Below, piece by piece: positions 62,045 through 64,000 of a stretch of DNA of 64,000 bases. This stretch comes from the human T2T-CHM13v2.0 reference genome, Homo sapiens. A model generated the notes under the pieces. That model worked only from the letters and a program-made list of their open reading frames with translations. It made no database searches and was not told the origin of the DNA. The number at the start of each line of letters is the position of its first letter. Position 1 is the stretch's first letter. A program made the position numbers and the translations under genes. The DNA lies in NCBI RefSeq assembly GCF_009914755.1, contig NC_060936.1; one strand, written 5' to 3'.

Positions 62045-63222
62045 GTTTATTTTTATACACTTTTTATTTAAAAAATAAAATTATAAACAAAATACAGAAA
62101 AATATTGACACCTGTGATAACAAGGAAATGACTCTTAAGGGCAGTTTGTTGTCCTGGGGGAAAAAATCATAAGTGTTATAAAGAAATATTATTGTGCAAA
62201 GGAGGAATGTAATATTTAAGGTTCATTTACAACGGGCATTTGGCGTCGACAGAAAAAGTCTTTCTATGTATACATTCAACATTTTGCAGCATATTTACAT
62301 TCAAGTTACATTTCCAAATTCTATGCCAAATACAGTCTAACTCACCATCAACAATCCCTCAGATATTACTAAAATCCTGTTTATTTGGTAGGAGTGCAAT
62401 ATTATCTTATTAGGAAATAATTTTATGTTCCTACTAAGTCAACTGCATTTTTACTACTTTAACAAAATTCACTGACATTTTTATCCCAGTTGAAGTCAAG
62501 CCTCTTTTAGACAAAGTCAATACTAACTCAAATGTTGCCAGTTATAAAATTATATAATAATCTTTTCCTCCCTCCTTAGAGACAGTATTACAACTTTCAA
62601 TGAAAGGACACCAGCTATGATAAATTATTTTCTTTTACAAGAGTTAGGATGTATTACAGATACAAGTTCCAGAATTTTAACTTGTTTTCAAAAGATGGCT
62701 GAAGCACTTTTCCCTTTCAGTTGTTACCGAATTCCTCAGCAAAATACAACACATTCAGAAATCTACATAGCAGTTTTCTGAAAACTTTTCTCCATTGTCC
62801 CCACACATTTCTCAAATCAGAGTGCTTACTCACTAGCAACTGGAGAATCTCTTGCTTAGTTTTTCTAAATTATACTAGAGTAGCTATCCTAATTTCCTGA
62901 CAATCTTCCCATTTCATTTTTTAAATTATGATTTTATTAAAATCAACATAAATTACAAAGGTTCCATCTTTGCTACGGTTCTTTTAAAAATTTATCTTAA
63001 CTTACTGAAGGGTCAAGACCCCACAGGGCCTGTCTAGAACAGGCAAACAAAATGTCAAGATTAGAAAATTCTCATGCCTCCAAAAGACTCCAGGCAAATC
63101 AAATCTACTCAATTCTTCCTTATTTATCTCAAGTTCAATTTTAAGTCTAAGAAGATAATTAATGACAAAATAACAGAGATTGATGAATTTCATTTAGTTG
63201 AGCTCTTTTTTCCTAATTTTCC
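62045..63222 (-). other. C2CD5: 3'UTR of terminal exon
   Basis: Repeat-free AU-rich ~1.2 kb between the stop codon and AATAAA; the exact cleavage site is approximate. Confidence 0.75.
62046..62068 (-). terminator. C2CD5: Polyadenylation signals (two AATAAA) of the minus-strand gene
   Basis: tttatt at 62046-62051 and 62063-62068, at the boundary between repeat-free UTR-like sequence and downstream repeats; U-rich element downstream on the minus strand. Confidence 0.7.
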
Positions 63223-63354
63223 TCAGGTTGTAACTTCGCCTTCAGTACATGATGACTGGCAGTTGGTAGTAGGTTGCTGAGATGACACCACTTCTAAGTC
63301 AGATTCACGAACAAAAACCACTGCGTCACCACTTACATTTATAAGACACTGTGC
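63223..63354 (-). CDS. C2CD5: Last coding exon portion (43 aa + stop) of C2 domain-containing protein 5 (KIAA0528/CDP138)
   Basis: Acceptor ctgtcctgtttgttgttcttatag|G, phase 0, open frame AQCLINVSGDAVVFVRESDLEVVSSQQPTTNCQSSCTEGEVTT-TGA. The peptide is recognised from memory as the C2CD5 C-terminus and is too short for the ORF track. Confidence 0.85.
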   Translation of the reverse strand, partial: AQCLINVSGDAVVFVRESDLEVVSSQQPTTNCQSSCTEGEVTT

Positions 63355-63459
63355 CTATAAGAACAACAAACAGGACAGGTTCAGTTATACTCAACACATT
63401 CATACTCTTCTGTTACATAAGGGGCAGTGCTGTACAGCCAAAAAACACAGGCTTCTAAA

Positions 63460-64000
63460 TCATTAGGATAAAGATAGGCAATCCAACAGAAAAATGAGAA
63501 AAGGGTAAGAGGGCAATTCACAGGAAAGAAAACTCAAGGAGCTCCTGTGAACATATGAAAACATATTCAAGCCCGCTATTAGAGATATACAGTTAAAATG
63601 ACAACGAGACACCACTTCATATATACTGGCAAAAAAATGTAAAAGTTGGATGTTACCAAGTGTTAACAAAGACATGGGACAAGAGCAACACACTTAACAC
63701 TGCAACAGGAAGTGCAACCATCCTGAAAAGAACCGTCTCCTAAAGCAGAAAAAGAACACACTCCCTGACCCATTAATTCCATGTATATGTGTTCCCTAGA
63801 GAAATCTTGGACATGTATGCAACAAAGATTAATAAGTAACTTTTCACTGCATCATGTTTAGCAAAATCCTAGAAACAAACTAAATGCCCATCAAAAGGGA
63901 AATGAAAATAAACTGTGGAATATTCATGCCTGAAATACTATATGGAAGTGAAAAATGACCTAAAGCTCAATCAATATGGGTAAATCTTATGATAAATTAA
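63460..64000 (+). mobile_element. Old L1ME-like ORF2 3' fragment in the last intron (antisense to gene)
   Basis: Degenerate ...caattcacag..acatatgaaaa..ctagaaacaaactaaatgcccatca..aaactgtggaatattcat. Confidence 0.7.

Noticed and set aside
63002-63280. ORF-track ORFs 63002-63193 (-) and 63074-63280 (+)
   Set aside because: They lie in or antisense to the C2CD5 3'UTR/last exon; the real coding frame is the spliced 63354-63223 segment.

Overview
Primate (human or great-ape-like) genomic DNA, AT-rich and mostly interspersed repeats. There is no prokaryotic content, CRISPR array or RNA gene that I can support. The only host-gene sequence is at the right end on the minus strand: a spliced terminal exon (acceptor at 63355/63354) encoding AQCLINVSGDAVVFVRESDLEVVSSQQPTTNCQSSCTEGEVTT*. 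I recognise this from memory as the C-terminus of C2CD5 (KIAA0528/CDP138). It is followed by a ~1.2 kb 3'UTR and AATAAA signals near 62046-62068. If that call is right, the rest of the window is the interval between C2CD5 and ST8SIA1 on human 12p12. The repeats comprise two full-length but dead L1s (L1PA5/6-like 20174-26259; L1PB1-like ~50046-56570), several truncated and nested L1s, about 15 Alus, MaLR/ERV1 LTRs, a truncated ERV1 provirus with an env-TM remnant, Tigger4/Kanga DNA transposons, MIR/L2 and a MamSINE1. I see no evidence of a new protein-coding system. The most unusual items are structural: a TSD-flanked, poly(A)-tailed 620-bp non-L1/non-Alu insert (orphan transduction or retrocopy); two neighbouring AluYs sharing private right-arm variants (gene conversion); fold-back/inverted-duplication scars; and a strong L1 strand bias plus antisense splice donors hinting at minus-strand transcription from an L1 antisense promoter. 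Repeat subfamily names are by-eye recognitions and need RepeatMasker/Dfam confirmation.
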